Shown here one piece after another: positions 9,433-19,771 of a stretch of DNA of 64,000 nt. The stretch comes from Nitrospirota bacterium (GTDB lineage Bacteria > Nitrospirota > Leptospirillia > Leptospirillales > Leptospirillaceae). Both the position numbers and the translations under genes were made by a program. The stretch spans positions 18,793 to 82,792 of the forward strand of contig JAKADN010000002.1 of the NCBI GenBank assembly GCA_021820445.1. The letters run 5' to 3'. Numbering within the stretch: the first letter of the stretch is position 1; each line of letters opens with the position of its first letter. The notes below the pieces were generated by a model. It was not told the DNA's origin. It saw only the letters and a program-made list of their open reading frames with translations, and searched no databases.

Positions 9433-10391
9433 AGGGGTGTCGGTCCCAACGACCGAATAAGGGCAATCAGGCTTCCCTCAGAAAGAGCTGACCACCCGCC
9501 CGCTGTCATCCCGAATAAGGGAGGCGACCCGCCTCCTGTCTCCTGATATCGGACGAGCTTCACATGGCTGAGGCCAAGCTTTTGCTTCATACTCATGACA
9601 AGGTCCGATCTATAGCCGATATGATCGATCAGATGGGCCCTTTGGGCCTGGGAGGCTGTAAACACCCTTCCATCCGCCAGGACAGAAAGACTTTTTTCGT
9701 CTAATCTTCGATTCTTTTCCACCACATCCAGAAATTTCTGGTAAAAATCCTGGACGAGCCCTTCAAAAATCTTCCTGTCTTCCGGTGTCATCTTTCTTAA
9801 TGGAGATCCCATTTCTTTTTCTGGCCCTGAAGCAATCGTCCTGTCCGAGACCCCGACCTTCTTCATGAGCCCTTCGAACCCAAGATTCGCGATCATCACT
9901 CCGATACTGCCAACCACACTGGTGGGACGCGCCCAGACCTCGTCACTCCCCATTGCCGCATAATAGGCGCCGGAAGCTCCCAGGTCTCCAAAAAATGCCA
10001 CAACCGGGATTCCCGTTTTTTTCCTGAATTCCCGGATCCTGTGATACAGCCTGTCGGAGGCGGTCACAGTCCCTCCGGGACTGTCGATTCTCAGAATCAC
10101 CGCCTTTATATGAGGGTCCAGGGAGGCCTTTTGAAATTCCTGCTCCAGAAGGTGAACCTGGTCGGTTTTTCCACCCAGAAAGGGGACTCCCCCTTTTCTT
10201 GGCTCGTCTCCAATAAACCCCCGTATGGGTAAAAAGAGAATCTTGTCCTTGGCTTGGGATGGCTTGATGACCTTTTCCTCCAACCCTTTTTCCTGAGGAT
10301 AGAGATTGACCGTCACGCATCCGGAGAGCGACAGAAGAAACAAGGCCATCACCAGAGTTAAAATCCCATTTTTTTCATTCATGAGGCGCAT
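9396..10391 (-). CDS. sppA: Signal peptide peptidase SppA (36K type)
   Basis: IDSPGGTVTASD and GDLGASGAYYAAMGSD...VGSIGV motifs of the S49 peptidase family, with an N-terminal membrane/lipobox-like segment. Confidence 0.8.
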   Translation of the reverse strand: MRLMNEKNGILTLVMALFLLSLSGCVTVNLYPQEKGLEEKVIKPSQAKDKILFLPIRGFIGDEPRKGGVPFLGGKTDQVHLLEQEFQKASLDPHIKAVILRIDSPGGTVTASDRLYHRIREFRKKTGIPVVAFFGDLGASGAYYAAMGSDEVWARPTSVVGSIGVMIANLGFEGLMKKVGVSDRTIASGPEKEMGSPLRKMTPEDRKIFEGLVQDFYQKFLDVVEKNRRLDEKSLSVLADGRVFTASQAQRAHLIDHIGYRSDLVMSMKQKLGLSHVKLVRYQETGGGSPPLFGMTAGGWSALSEGSLIALIRSLGPTPLYLWTAGGLTMK

Positions 10392-10417
10392 TCCCCGTCT
10401 TCTTTATTTCAAATGAA

Positions 10418-10909
10418 TTACCGGTAATTTGTAAATTGAAGGTCGATTCCAAAATCCTTGTTTTTCAAATGCGAGATTATGGCCTGTAGATCATCGCGCG
10501 ATTTTCCGCTGACCCTGACGCTGTCTCCCTGAATCTGGGGTTGGACCTTCTGCTTTGTTCCTTTTATTTCCCGGATTATTTCCTTTGATATTTCCTGCGT
10601 TAATCCTTGCTTGAAGACGACTCTCTGGCGCACCGTTCCACCTAACGCCTCTTCGATTTTCTTCTTGTCCAGATTCTTGAGAGGAATTCCTCGACGGACT
10701 AATTTCGATTCAAGGATATCGATCACAGAGGCCAATTTATGGTTATCTTTCGACGATATGACGAGATCTTCCTTTTCCCATTCGATTTTTGAACCGCTGT
10801 CCTTGAGGTCGAACCGGGTTCCCATTTCCTTGACAGCTTGATCCACCGCATTCTTCGCTTCCTGCATGTCCACCTTCGAAACGATATCGAATGACGCCTC
10901 TGAAGCCAT
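10418..10909 (-). CDS. yajQ: YajQ-family nucleotide / c-di-GMP-binding protein (UPF0234)
   Basis: SFDIVSKVDMQEAKNAVDQAVKEMGTRFDLK is a near-canonical YajQ N-terminus. Length is 163 aa. Confidence 0.9.
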   Translation of the reverse strand: MASEASFDIVSKVDMQEAKNAVDQAVKEMGTRFDLKDSGSKIEWEKEDLVISSKDNHKLASVIDILESKLVRRGIPLKNLDKKKIEEALGGTVRQRVVFKQGLTQEISKEIIREIKGTKQKVQPQIQGDSVRVSGKSRDDLQAIISHLKNKDFGIDLQFTNYR

Positions 10910-10943
10910 GGATTCCTCCCTTGAATCAATGCTGATCCGATTT

Positions 10944-11816
10944 CTAGTCGGCCTTGTTGAAGAGATAGATTGATAGAAAACTCATTGCCATCAAAAAGGA
11001 ACTCAATGCCAGGACATCCGCCGATACCGAATAGTAATGGATCCCTGTGAGGGCATTTCTCAGAAGATCGATTCCATAGGTCATAGGATCTAGACGGGAG
11101 GCGATGGAAAGCCAATGAGGCAGACGATCAAGTGGGTAAAGTGCCCCCGACATGAAAAACAGGGGAAGAATGATAAAGTTCATCAAAACCATAAATCCCT
11201 GGCTGGATGTCATTCGAACTCCAAGCAGGATTCCGACCGATGTTTGCGTCAATCCGATCAGAACCATCACCAAAAATGCCCCGGCAATATCCATGAGAGG
11301 AGGATGCAGGTGAAAGAAAGGCATCAAGGATAAAATCAGGCTTCCTTGAATGACAGAATTTGTTGCTCCTCCCAATATCTTTCCGATGACCACCGCCGTT
11401 CTGGACAGGGGGGCCACCAAGACCTCCTTCAGAAATCCTGCCTCCCGATCCCAGACAATGGCCACACCTGCAAACGAGGCAGTGAACAGGACGCTCATCC
11501 CGACAATTCCGGGAAACATGAAATCCTGATAGCCTAAGGTTCGACCTCCTCCACCCCCTCCCATCGCCCCAAGTCTGGGAGACAGCCCTGACCCCAGGAT
11601 AAAAAGAAACAATAATGGCTGAACGAAAGAGCCGATAAGGCGAATCCTGTCACGCCAGAGACGAATCACATCCCGTAACCAAAGGGTATATATCCCCCTT
11701 AGATCTCTCGTCATTCTGTCCGCAAGTGGCGCCGTCGAGGACGGAAGGATGAGAGCCCACTGGTCCATGCGGTCCATGGGGCGGTCCAACGGGCTGTCCA
11801 ACGTTTTGTCCTTCAT
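10944..11816 (-). CDS. ABC-2 type exporter permease
   Basis: 290 aa with six hydrophobic segments. It overlaps the upstream ATPase gene by 4 nt. Confidence 0.75.
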   Translation of the reverse strand: MKDKTLDSPLDRPMDRMDQWALILPSSTAPLADRMTRDLRGIYTLWLRDVIRLWRDRIRLIGSFVQPLLFLFILGSGLSPRLGAMGGGGGGRTLGYQDFMFPGIVGMSVLFTASFAGVAIVWDREAGFLKEVLVAPLSRTAVVIGKILGGATNSVIQGSLILSLMPFFHLHPPLMDIAGAFLVMVLIGLTQTSVGILLGVRMTSSQGFMVLMNFIILPLFFMSGALYPLDRLPHWLSIASRLDPMTYGIDLLRNALTGIHYYSVSADVLALSSFLMAMSFLSIYLFNKAD

Positions 11817-12784
11817 TGTATCGCCTCGGGTTTCATATTCGTCCCTGGATCGCCCAAATCCCCCCCGGTATATTTAATAAAGACATCATCGAGGTTAGGA
11901 CGCCTTATGGACGCCTGAGTAATTTGAATGGGAATTTTTTTCAACATTTCCCAAGGAGAATCTCGAGAAGTGAATGGCATCGGGAAGGAAATTGAACCAT
12001 CCGGTTCTTCTCGGATAGATTCGGAAAGTGAAGGATATTCATCGACCAAAAACTTGCGGAGTGCCTCTTTTTCTCCCACTAATATATTCAAGACTTCTGG
12101 ACCCAAACTTTTTTTCAGCAGTGCTGGTGAATCCAGCGCCACAATTTTGCCATGGTTGATAATGGCGACCCTGTCGGATCCATCGGCCTCTTCGAGGTAG
12201 TGAGTGGTCAGAAACACAGTCATTCCCACTTTTTTCCGGACATTATGAATATATTCCCACACATTTCGCCTCGAATGGGGATCAAGGCCCAAGGTCGGCT
12301 CATCCAGGATTAGAAGACGAGGAGCGTGAACCAGACCTCGAACAATCTCCAGTCGACGCTTCAATCCTCCGGAAAATGTTTTGACCAAGTCATTTTTTCT
12401 TTCGTATAAACCCATGACCTCCAGCAGAAAGCTTGACCTTTTTTTTCTTTCGGGCCCGGCAAGGCCATAAAGACGCCCATGAAATTCGAGGTTTTCCCAG
12501 GCAGTCAGGCGATCGTCAAGGCTTGGTTCCTGAAAAATGATTCCGATTCGTTGACGGACCTCATGGGGGTTACGGGTGACATCAAGGCCGTCGATCGATA
12601 TGCGCCCCGAAGTGGGAGCAAGAAGCGCAACCATCATACCGATCGTCGTTGTTTTACCTGCTCCGTTCGGCCCGAGAAAGGAAAAAAACTCCCCCTCTCC
12701 GACATGAAATGATATTCCGTCCACAGCCCTTCTATGGCCGGATCGGGTTTGGTATATTTTTACAAGATTATCCGCGTCGACCAC
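11813..12784 (-). CDS. ABC transporter ATP-binding protein (DrrA/ABC-2 type)
   Basis: Walker A GPNGAGKTT, signature FSGGLKRRL, Walker B LLILDEPT. Confidence 0.85.
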   Translation of the reverse strand: MVDADNLVKIYQTRSGHRRAVDGISFHVGEGEFFSFLGPNGAGKTTTIGMMVALLAPTSGRISIDGLDVTRNPHEVRQRIGIIFQEPSLDDRLTAWENLEFHGRLYGLAGPERKKRSSFLLEVMGLYERKNDLVKTFSGGLKRRLEIVRGLVHAPRLLILDEPTLGLDPHSRRNVWEYIHNVRKKVGMTVFLTTHYLEEADGSDRVAIINHGKIVALDSPALLKKSLGPEVLNILVGEKEALRKFLVDEYPSLSESIREEPDGSISFPMPFTSRDSPWEMLKKIPIQITQASIRRPNLDDVFIKYTGGDLGDPGTNMKPEAIQ

Positions 12785-12854
12785 TTAACCCTCATAATAA
12801 TTCTTAACGTCATTTTATCCTAGCCGGATAAATTGTGTCACCCTTAAACAAAAA

Positions 12855-12880
12855 ACGGCAGGATTTCTCCTGCCGTTTTT
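12855..12880 (-). terminator. Rho-independent terminator after the Rieske/cyt b operon (bidirectional shape)
   Basis: ACGGCAGGA-TTTC-TCCTGCCGT 9-bp stem flanked by an A-run and a T-run. It lies about 25 nt downstream of the cytochrome c stop (12904). Confidence 0.6.
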
Positions 12881-12903
12881 AAGAGTTCTTGGGTGCTGGG
12901 CTT

Positions 12904-13863
12904 TCAGTTTGCCATAGAAACCTTTTCCAAGCCGGGAACAAAAACGCCCTTGTAATTCGTAATTGGAATCGGAATCGGCCTGCCATTATCCCGATCGATC
13001 GGGAGGAATTTTTGCGGAATGGTGATCACGCTCGGATCATCAAGCCCCAAGACCCAAGTCGTCAAAGCCGTGGTCTGCAGGTCGGTCAGATGGAAATTTG
13101 GCATGATGGTTGGCGGAACCTTGAAGGCGGGAATTCCCGGAGAAATCTTTCGGGGATTCTTGAAATGTTCCCACTCCCATTCCCGTTCAGAATGAAGGCC
13201 TCCGACATGGTTGAAATCGTGCACATTATAAAACCCTAACTCGGTTCGGCTTCCGAATCCCGAGAGATCTGGAGCAAGAACCCCATGCAGGTTGAACTGG
13301 GTCATTGTATGGCAGGAACCACACCCTTTCTGGACGATTGTTTTCTTGGCCAAATTAAGGAATGGGGTCATGGGTGGATTGATACCGGGTTTGAACAGAT
13401 CGGTATGGCATTTAAGGCACGATGCTTCCGCAAAGGCCCCTCTTTTGGGTTGGTAATTGAGGCTGACATTAAATCCATGCGCCTCTGACACCTTTGTAGC
13501 GACCCCCTGTCCGTCATGACATACGGTACACCCGAATTTTTCAAAGGGATGTTTACCGATGTATCCCGCCAAATCGGGATGTGTCGTAAAGGGTTCGGGA
13601 GCCGTCTTAAACGCCGGAATGGCAATAGCCATATGACAGGTCATGCAACGATCCGGTTTATTCATAATGGGATTCCAGATCTGAACAATAGAAAGCGTGG
13701 AATTTGCCAACTCGGGTTTCTTGGTCACTTTTGCCAACAGTTGGTAATATTGGCGCTGGTATGTCATCCATTCAGGATGGGCGTCTTTATACATTTCAAC
13801 CGCAAAGATTCCACCCAGCAAAATGGTTGAGAGGAAAAAGAGAAAATATATCCGCATTTTCAT
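12904..13863 (-). CDS. Tetrahaem c-type cytochrome (terminal gene of the Rieske/cyt b operon)
   Basis: N-terminal TM/signal segment and four CxxCH motifs (CMTCH, CTVCH, CLKCH, CGSCH). Confidence 0.8.
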   Translation of the reverse strand: MKMRIYFLFFLSTILLGGIFAVEMYKDAHPEWMTYQRQYYQLLAKVTKKPELANSTLSIVQIWNPIMNKPDRCMTCHMAIAIPAFKTAPEPFTTHPDLAGYIGKHPFEKFGCTVCHDGQGVATKVSEAHGFNVSLNYQPKRGAFAEASCLKCHTDLFKPGINPPMTPFLNLAKKTIVQKGCGSCHTMTQFNLHGVLAPDLSGFGSRTELGFYNVHDFNHVGGLHSEREWEWEHFKNPRKISPGIPAFKVPPTIMPNFHLTDLQTTALTTWVLGLDDPSVITIPQKFLPIDRDNGRPIPIPITNYKGVFVPGLEKVSMAN

Positions 13864-14075
13864 TCTTTTCTTCCCCTTTCCGTCGCCTGGGCTGATTTTC
13901 TCAAGGGATGGCCATCAGGATAAAAGGAACCTTCCTGCCATTTCTGAAACCAAATGACAAGGTAGTAAAATATGGCTGTTCCAATGACGAGAGTGATGGA
14001 GATCCCAATACGATAGGGGTATCCGAAATATTCTTCAACCCATGGGGCATTGAGCAACTGGTGAAACTGGTCCAT
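13860..14075 (-). CDS. Small single-TM protein, candidate accessory subunit
   Basis: 71-aa ORF with one hydrophobic helix (IGISITLVIGTAIFYYLVIWF). Its stop overlaps the cytochrome c start by 4 nt. Confidence 0.45.
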   Translation of the reverse strand: MDQFHQLLNAPWVEEYFGYPYRIGISITLVIGTAIFYYLVIWFQKWQEGSFYPDGHPLRKSAQATERGRKE

Positions 14076-14173
14076 TGAGCCTCCTTGTCCTATGAAACGG
14101 ACAGAAACTACCCTCTGCGTTTATTCAGATTTTTCCCCGACTGTAGAGTCGGGAATTTCTTTCCACACAAATA

Positions 14174-15028
14174 TCAGATGTTGATCCATGGCGTGACGAG
14201 AACATACTTGATGTTGAAGAGAAGTCTCAGGATGATTTTAAGCGCCACACCCATCATGGATAGAAAGAAAAAGCTGAAGGTGAGATAGCGCCAGAGTCCC
14301 ATGGCCTTGTACATCGGCTTCCAAACCACCATCGGAATGAGTGTTCCCAATGCAAAGTATCCGATAAAGATAACATCGGTGAACAGCTTACCGACACCTT
14401 CGCTCACATGGAACCAATTGACAAAAATGAGATGGAGCGGAATCAGGGTGACGAGCGCCGGATTCATATGCTCGAGGTGATTGCTCCATGGCCAGTACCA
14501 CTGCCAGTCGAGACCGCGGAGATATGTTCCGATGATGATTGTGATCCACCAGATGGCAAATCCGAAAGAATAATTGAAAACGGCAAATTTCCGTTCGCTG
14601 TAGGTGTAATAGCCCACACCCTTGGGATTGACGTCTAGATAAGGAAAAAGCATGAGGCCGAGAATGATCATTCCAGGAAGGACGACCCCGGCATACCAGG
14701 GATCAAAATAGACGAGCAGTTCCTGAAGTCCGAGAAAGTACCATGGTGCACGCATCGGATTCGGTGTGGTCGATGGATCTGCCAGTGAACGCAATGGCGC
14801 ATGTTCGAACTGGATAAGGACCATGAGACCAACCGTGACCAGAATGGCGCAAATGATTTCGATCATTAGAAGATTCGGCCATACGTAGACGGTATCTTCA
14901 GGCTCCTTTCGAACGATCGGAGCCGTTTTTTTCATGAGCTCTACGAGCCCATAGGACTTACGGGAGTCCCGGGGAAAAATCTCCCGGGTCACTTTTTCAT
15001 CCATGCTGTCCCACCTCTCGGTTAACAC
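14174..15028 (-). CDS. Cytochrome b C-terminal half / subunit IV-like protein (extended)
   Basis: APWYFLGLQELL (the PEWY-type motif) and multiple TM helices. It follows the b6-like gene. Confidence 0.75.
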   Translation of the reverse strand: MLTERWDSMDEKVTREIFPRDSRKSYGLVELMKKTAPIVRKEPEDTVYVWPNLLMIEIICAILVTVGLMVLIQFEHAPLRSLADPSTTPNPMRAPWYFLGLQELLVYFDPWYAGVVLPGMIILGLMLFPYLDVNPKGVGYYTYSERKFAVFNYSFGFAIWWITIIIGTYLRGLDWQWYWPWSNHLEHMNPALVTLIPLHLIFVNWFHVSEGVGKLFTDVIFIGYFALGTLIPMVVWKPMYKAMGLWRYLTFSFFFLSMMGVALKIILRLLFNIKYVLVTPWINI

Positions 15029-15073
15029 TCCCCATATGGAACTTCAACATAATCTGATTTTCATGAAACCTTT

Positions 15074-15835
15074 TCATAATGGACCGGAAAAACCATCTTT
15101 CCTGATTCTCCAGAAATGAACCGCAAGAAAGACGGTGACGACCAGGGGAAGAACGACGCAGTGGAGGACATAGAAGCGAATAAGGGCGTTCTGTCCCACA
15201 ACCGTTCCACCAAGCAACATAAACATGATGTCGTTTGTCGGAAGGAATCCGAGTTGAGGCCCCCATGGCCCATTCTGGCCAATGAACGGAGTATATGAGG
15301 CCATCTTGGCTCCGACGGTCACCGCCCAGTATGCAAGCTGATCCCAAGGGAGCAGGTAACCTGTCCAGGAAAGCACCAGGGTATTGACGAGAAGCACCAC
15401 TCCCACAATCCAGTTAAATTCCCGGGGAGCTTTGTAAGCGCCTGTCAGAAAGACACGCGTCATGTGCAACCAGACAAAGAGGACCATTCCATGGGCTGCG
15501 AATCTGTGGAGGTCACGCATCAGGTTTCCGCCGAAAATCACGAACTGAAGATCTTTGATATTCCGGTAAGCCAACCCGGTATAAGGAGTGTAATAGAACA
15601 TGAGCCAGATTCCTGTCACAGCCAGAATGATGAACAGGAGAAGAGTGATTCCCCCAAGACAGAATGTATAGCGCATTCTCAGGGCAGACCGGCGGACTTT
15701 GACCGGATGAACGTGAAGGAAGACGTTGCTGAAAATGGCGTAAGCACGGTCAAGATCATTATCAGGGTAACCGTGCCGAAACACAGATTTGAATATCTGG
15801 GAATCAACGATCCCGTTCTTTAATTTTTGAAGCAT
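15074..15835 (-). CDS. Cytochrome b6-like N-terminal half (4 TM, bis-His haem ligands)
   Basis: [25 protein letters not shown] and a later HFWRIRK match the cytochrome b/b6 N-terminal domain. Confidence 0.85.
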   Translation of the reverse strand: MLQKLKNGIVDSQIFKSVFRHGYPDNDLDRAYAIFSNVFLHVHPVKVRRSALRMRYTFCLGGITLLLFIILAVTGIWLMFYYTPYTGLAYRNIKDLQFVIFGGNLMRDLHRFAAHGMVLFVWLHMTRVFLTGAYKAPREFNWIVGVVLLVNTLVLSWTGYLLPWDQLAYWAVTVGAKMASYTPFIGQNGPWGPQLGFLPTNDIMFMLLGGTVVGQNALIRFYVLHCVVLPLVVTVFLAVHFWRIRKDGFSGPL

Positions 15836-15986
15836 ACCTTAAGTCCCTTTCGTTAAAAAGGACCACTCCCTGAAGATCGCCTTGGAGATCGCGCAGGAAA
15901 CGAGGATCCTTGCGTGGCTCACTGGTTATCCATTTCCCACCGAGAAATGGAGCTTCTAGATCTAATTGCTTATATCCTGGTCCCTG

Positions 15987-16607
15987 TTAGCAAAGAAGAC
16001 GGTTCGAGGCACACGATCCTCCAGGAGGAGCCGCATGCTCGATGTAAAACGGCGAAATTTCTTTTACTTTTTCCTTGACCCAGAGACCCTGTGGTGTCTG
16101 AACCGGATCGGGATCAAGACGGATGACGGTATTGACGATCAGCTCCCCGTCAAGAGGGTCACGGGTAATCTGACCTCTCCAGAGGGTCCGTGGAGCCGGT
16201 CCTCCGCGCACATTTCCATGGGCATCGTAAATGGACCCATGGCATGGGCAACGGAATCTCTTCTGATCCGGGAACCAATTTGGCGTACAGCCCAGATGTC
16301 GGCAAATGGAAATCATGTTGTATATGCCGCGCATGTTCCGGACGACCCAAAATCTTCCTTTCAACTTCCATCGCTCATCAATTCCCAACCCATAGGAGGA
16401 CACGTGGCCGATTTTGAAAACGGTCGGTGGTTCATAAAGAATGGGAGGAAACAAGAACTTGTAGGTGGCGTAGGCAGATCCCGCCATCGTGGCCCCGACA
16501 ACAGACCAACCCGCCGCAACCAAAAATTTTCTTCTTCCTTTTTCCGAAGGGCTTAATCCCGACTCTGTTTCTTCTGGGTGTCCAACACCCGCTGCTGGAT
16601 TCGTCAT
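15987..16607 (-). CDS. Rieske [2Fe-2S] protein with a twin-arginine signal
   Basis: [13 protein letters not shown] motif. Cluster boxes CRHLGC and CPCHGS. Confidence 0.85.
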   Translation of the reverse strand: MTNPAAGVGHPEETESGLSPSEKGRRKFLVAAGWSVVGATMAGSAYATYKFLFPPILYEPPTVFKIGHVSSYGLGIDERWKLKGRFWVVRNMRGIYNMISICRHLGCTPNWFPDQKRFRCPCHGSIYDAHGNVRGGPAPRTLWRGQITRDPLDGELIVNTVIRLDPDPVQTPQGLWVKEKVKEISPFYIEHAAPPGGSCASNRLLC

Positions 16608-18451
16608 TGGAGCGTTACCTCCTGTTTGATTTCAAGATGTTCCATGGCGATTGCACCAGTCGGGCATCTTTTCGCACATAGTCCACATCGGATGCAGCGC
16701 ATACCATCCCATATCATTGCCGTCGACATCGAAAGTTTCTGTACGACAGGCTCCTCCAAATGTCCAGGATGAATCTCCTCCCCAACAAAGGATTCCAGGA
16801 GAGGGGCGGTTTTACCATGATCAAGGTCAACATCCGCCAGGGGAACCATTTTGAGTGCGTATTCGGGACAAACATCCACACATCCCCCGCACAATACACA
16901 TTTCTGGCCTTCAAAGATCGGGTTGACGTGGCAAGTCAGGCATCGGGAAGCCTGGGTTCTGGCCTCCTCCTCCGTCATCGATAATTCAGCCAACTCAAAG
17001 TTTGTCTTGCGGAAATCCGGATGAAGAAGTTCCGGATTTTTTCGATCGATGGTGTAATACCCTTTTTTATTGAATTCATCGGGCCAAATGGGAGAAGGAT
17101 TCTGCCGATGTGAAACGGGGGTCGAAACTCCCGACAGATTTTTTTCAACCTGTCCCCCTGACAGATAGGCATGAACTGACTGAGCGGCTTTTTGCCCAGC
17201 AGCAATCGCCTCGATGAAGATTCTCGGTCCTGTTACGACATCCCCTGCTGCAAAAACACCCGGAACTCCCGTGTCCATGGTGTGCATGTTCGCCCGTATC
17301 ACCCCATTTCTTCCGACAACCCCATCGAGGTCTTCAGGAATATAGGAGGTATCGATGACCTGGCCGATCGCGAATATGACAGAGGTGCCCTTCAGGAGAC
17401 TCACAGTATTTTCGTCAAAGGCGGGTGCGAAACGACCCTGATCATCAAACACAGAGAGAACTTTTTTGACTTCGAGCCCCTCGAATTTCCCATCGTTTCC
17501 AACGATCCGCTTGGTCCCGAGGCGGATTGCAAATTCTGCCCCTTCATGAACCGCGTCTTCGATTTCAAGATCATCGGCAGGCATTTCGTCCCATGTTTCG
17601 AGGGTCACAACTTTCACCTTTTCGACCCCTGGGACTCGAACCGCCGTCCTGACCACATCCATCGCGACGTTTCCGGCACCGACCACAATCGGAAATGCTC
17701 CGATCGGCAGCGGCTCATGATTGTGGTAAACGGACTGGAGAAAGGGAAGGGCCGAGTAGACGCCCTGAAGGTCACGGCCTTCAAAAGGAACAGGACGACT
17801 CCCCCATGCGCCCGAAGCCAGGACCACCGCTCCAAAGTCCTGCCTGAGCTCTGCCAAAGTGATATCCTTGCCTACCTTTGTATTGAGCCGTGCCTCGACT
17901 CCCATGCTCATGATCGCGGCGATTTCCGCCTGAAAGAGGGGGCGGGGAAGACGGTATTCCGGGACGAGATAAAACAATCCGCCCAATCGGTCCTGTGATT
18001 CGAAAATTGTGACTCGATAGCCGAGGCGGGCAAGATCGTGGGCAACTGTCAGACCGGCTGGCCCACCGCCGACAACCGCCACCTTTTTCCCGGTCGCCTT
18101 GCCATAGGGAACCCCTGGAGCCGTCGAATAACGTAAGGTAGATGCCGGATCGGCGACAGCTTCCGCTCCAAATTTTTCCGTGACAAATCTTTTCAAGGCC
18201 CGGATAGTGACGGGCTCATCGATATTTCCACGCGTGCAGGCTGTTTCGCAAGGGGCATTGCAAACCCATCCGCATACCGATGCGAAAGGATTTGGACCGC
18301 GCGCAATCGCATACGCCTTTTCATATCTTCCCTGCGCAATGGCCTGGACGTACCCGCCTGCATCGGTTCCCACCGGACAAGCTTTTCGACATGCCACCTG
18401 GTCCGCGTAATACTGGTAGTCTGGAATATGGAGCTTGTATTTACCTCTCAT
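16604..18451 (-). CDS. GltD-like NAD(P)H-dependent FAD oxidoreductase fused to a 2x[4Fe-4S] ferredoxin domain
   Basis: N-terminal Cys-rich FeS region ([21 protein letters not shown]). Dinucleotide folds [17 protein letters not shown] and [12 protein letters not shown]-terminal [12 protein letters not shown] and [21 protein letters not shown] Shine-Dalgarno sequence before the ATG. The stop overlaps the Rieske start by 4 nt. Confidence 0.8.
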   Translation of the reverse strand: MRGKYKLHIPDYQYYADQVACRKACPVGTDAGGYVQAIAQGRYEKAYAIARGPNPFASVCGWVCNAPCETACTRGNIDEPVTIRALKRFVTEKFGAEAVADPASTLRYSTAPGVPYGKATGKKVAVVGGGPAGLTVAHDLARLGYRVTIFESQDRLGGLFYLVPEYRLPRPLFQAEIAAIMSMGVEARLNTKVGKDITLAELRQDFGAVVLASGAWGSRPVPFEGRDLQGVYSALPFLQSVYHNHEPLPIGAFPIVVGAGNVAMDVVRTAVRVPGVEKVKVVTLETWDEMPADDLEIEDAVHEGAEFAIRLGTKRIVGNDGKFEGLEVKKVLSVFDDQGRFAPAFDENTVSLLKGTSVIFAIGQVIDTSYIPEDLDGVVGRNGVIRANMHTMDTGVPGVFAAGDVVTGPRIFIEAIAAGQKAAQSVHAYLSGGQVEKNLSGVSTPVSHRQNPSPIWPDEFNKKGYYTIDRKNPELLHPDFRKTNFELAELSMTEEEARTQASRCLTCHVNPIFEGQKCVLCGGCVDVCPEYALKMVPLADVDLDHGKTAPLLESFVGEEIHPGHLEEPVVQKLSMSTAMIWDGMRCIRCGLCAKRCPTGAIAMEHLEIKQEVTLQ

Positions 18452-18886
18452 TCGTTCCTCCTCCGTACTGATACAAATTCCCCAGTCGGAAAGAGGGACA
18501 CCAAGCTTGCGAAGCCTCGAAAGAGATCTCTAGGCTCCCTGGGTTCCCTATCCGGTCAAAGATGAGAATGATTTTCGATATGAATTTACAGTGGCGGTTT
18601 TTGTAACATATCCAATTATATGTGTCAAGGCCTGACGGAGTTCGCGACTCGATGGATCTGGCGATAAAAATGCTGGTCATCGGGAGACTTCTTCCTGCTC
18701 CAAGATTTATTTCCAACGAAGCAGAAGGCTCCCTAATAGAGAATTGCTCGACTTTGTTGCGCTGACCCACTATGATCTTGTCATCTTCTTTTAATCGCGA
18801 CTATCTGGAAACCATTTACCTGAAAAATTCCAGCCGTCACCTCTTAGGGATACGGCTCCCATCGCGATCTCCGGAGGAAAGGGTCG

Positions 18887-19771
18887 ATGCCCCAGAAGCT
18901 ATCGGTTCATTCGGTTGGAATCATCACGAAACCGCATCGTTCCGCAGAGGTCCGCCAACTTCTCTCCGCCCTTCTTCCCTGGTTTGAAAATCGAAATCTT
19001 CGGGTCATGATGGATCGCGAAGCCATTCTCTCTCTCGGCGATGGTGCATGGAAAACATTCGACAGGGAGGAGATCGCTACCAGGACAGATCTCGTCATCG
19101 TTCTTGGCGGGGACGGAACCATCCTGTCGGCTGCCCGTCTGATGGCAGCAAGCGAAACTCCCATTCTTGGGGTCAATCTTGGAACATTGGGTTTTTTGGC
19201 CGAGGTCCCCAAAGAAGAAACATTTCGCGTTCTTGAATCCGTTGTCGACGGGCATTATGTCATCGAAAAAAGGGCCATGATACGGGGGACGTTAATCCGC
19301 AACAATCATGAGGTTATTCTTGAACAGGATGCCCTCAATGATGTCGTTATCAATAAGGGCATTACTGCCCGGATGATAGAAGTCGAAATTTTTTCAAATA
19401 CCCATTTTGTCACTGACATGAAAGGAGACGGAGTGATTTTTTCCACAGCCACCGGCTCCACGGCTTATTCGATGGCTGCCGGAGGCCCCATTCTACATCC
19501 GGAATCCGATGGGATCGTCATGACGCCAATATGTCCGCATACGCTGACACAGCGCCCCATCGTCTTCCCTGGATCCGTCGAACTCGAAACCCTTTTCAAA
19601 ACGGGGGAGGCGAATGTCGTCGTGACCTTTGATGGCCAGATCAGCGTCCCGCTTCAGAAGGGGGATGTCCTTCAGATTTCACGCTCCAAATCTGTCACCC
19701 GCCTTCTTGTCTCCCCTGACCGAAATTATTTCGAGGTTTTACGGGATAAACTGAGATGGGGTGGAATATGA
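18887..19771 (+). CDS. nadK: NAD+ kinase
   Basis: GGDGT motif (VLGGDGTILSAAR), NDVVINK, and TAYSMAAGGPI. GGAGG Shine-Dalgarno sequence upstream. Confidence 0.85.
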   Translation: MPQKLSVHSVGIITKPHRSAEVRQLLSALLPWFENRNLRVMMDREAILSLGDGAWKTFDREEIATRTDLVIVLGGDGTILSAARLMAASETPILGVNLGTLGFLAEVPKEETFRVLESVVDGHYVIEKRAMIRGTLIRNNHEVILEQDALNDVVINKGITARMIEVEIFSNTHFVTDMKGDGVIFSTATGSTAYSMAAGGPILHPESDGIVMTPICPHTLTQRPIVFPGSVELETLFKTGEANVVVTFDGQISVPLQKGDVLQISRSKSVTRLLVSPDRNYFEVLRDKLRWGGI

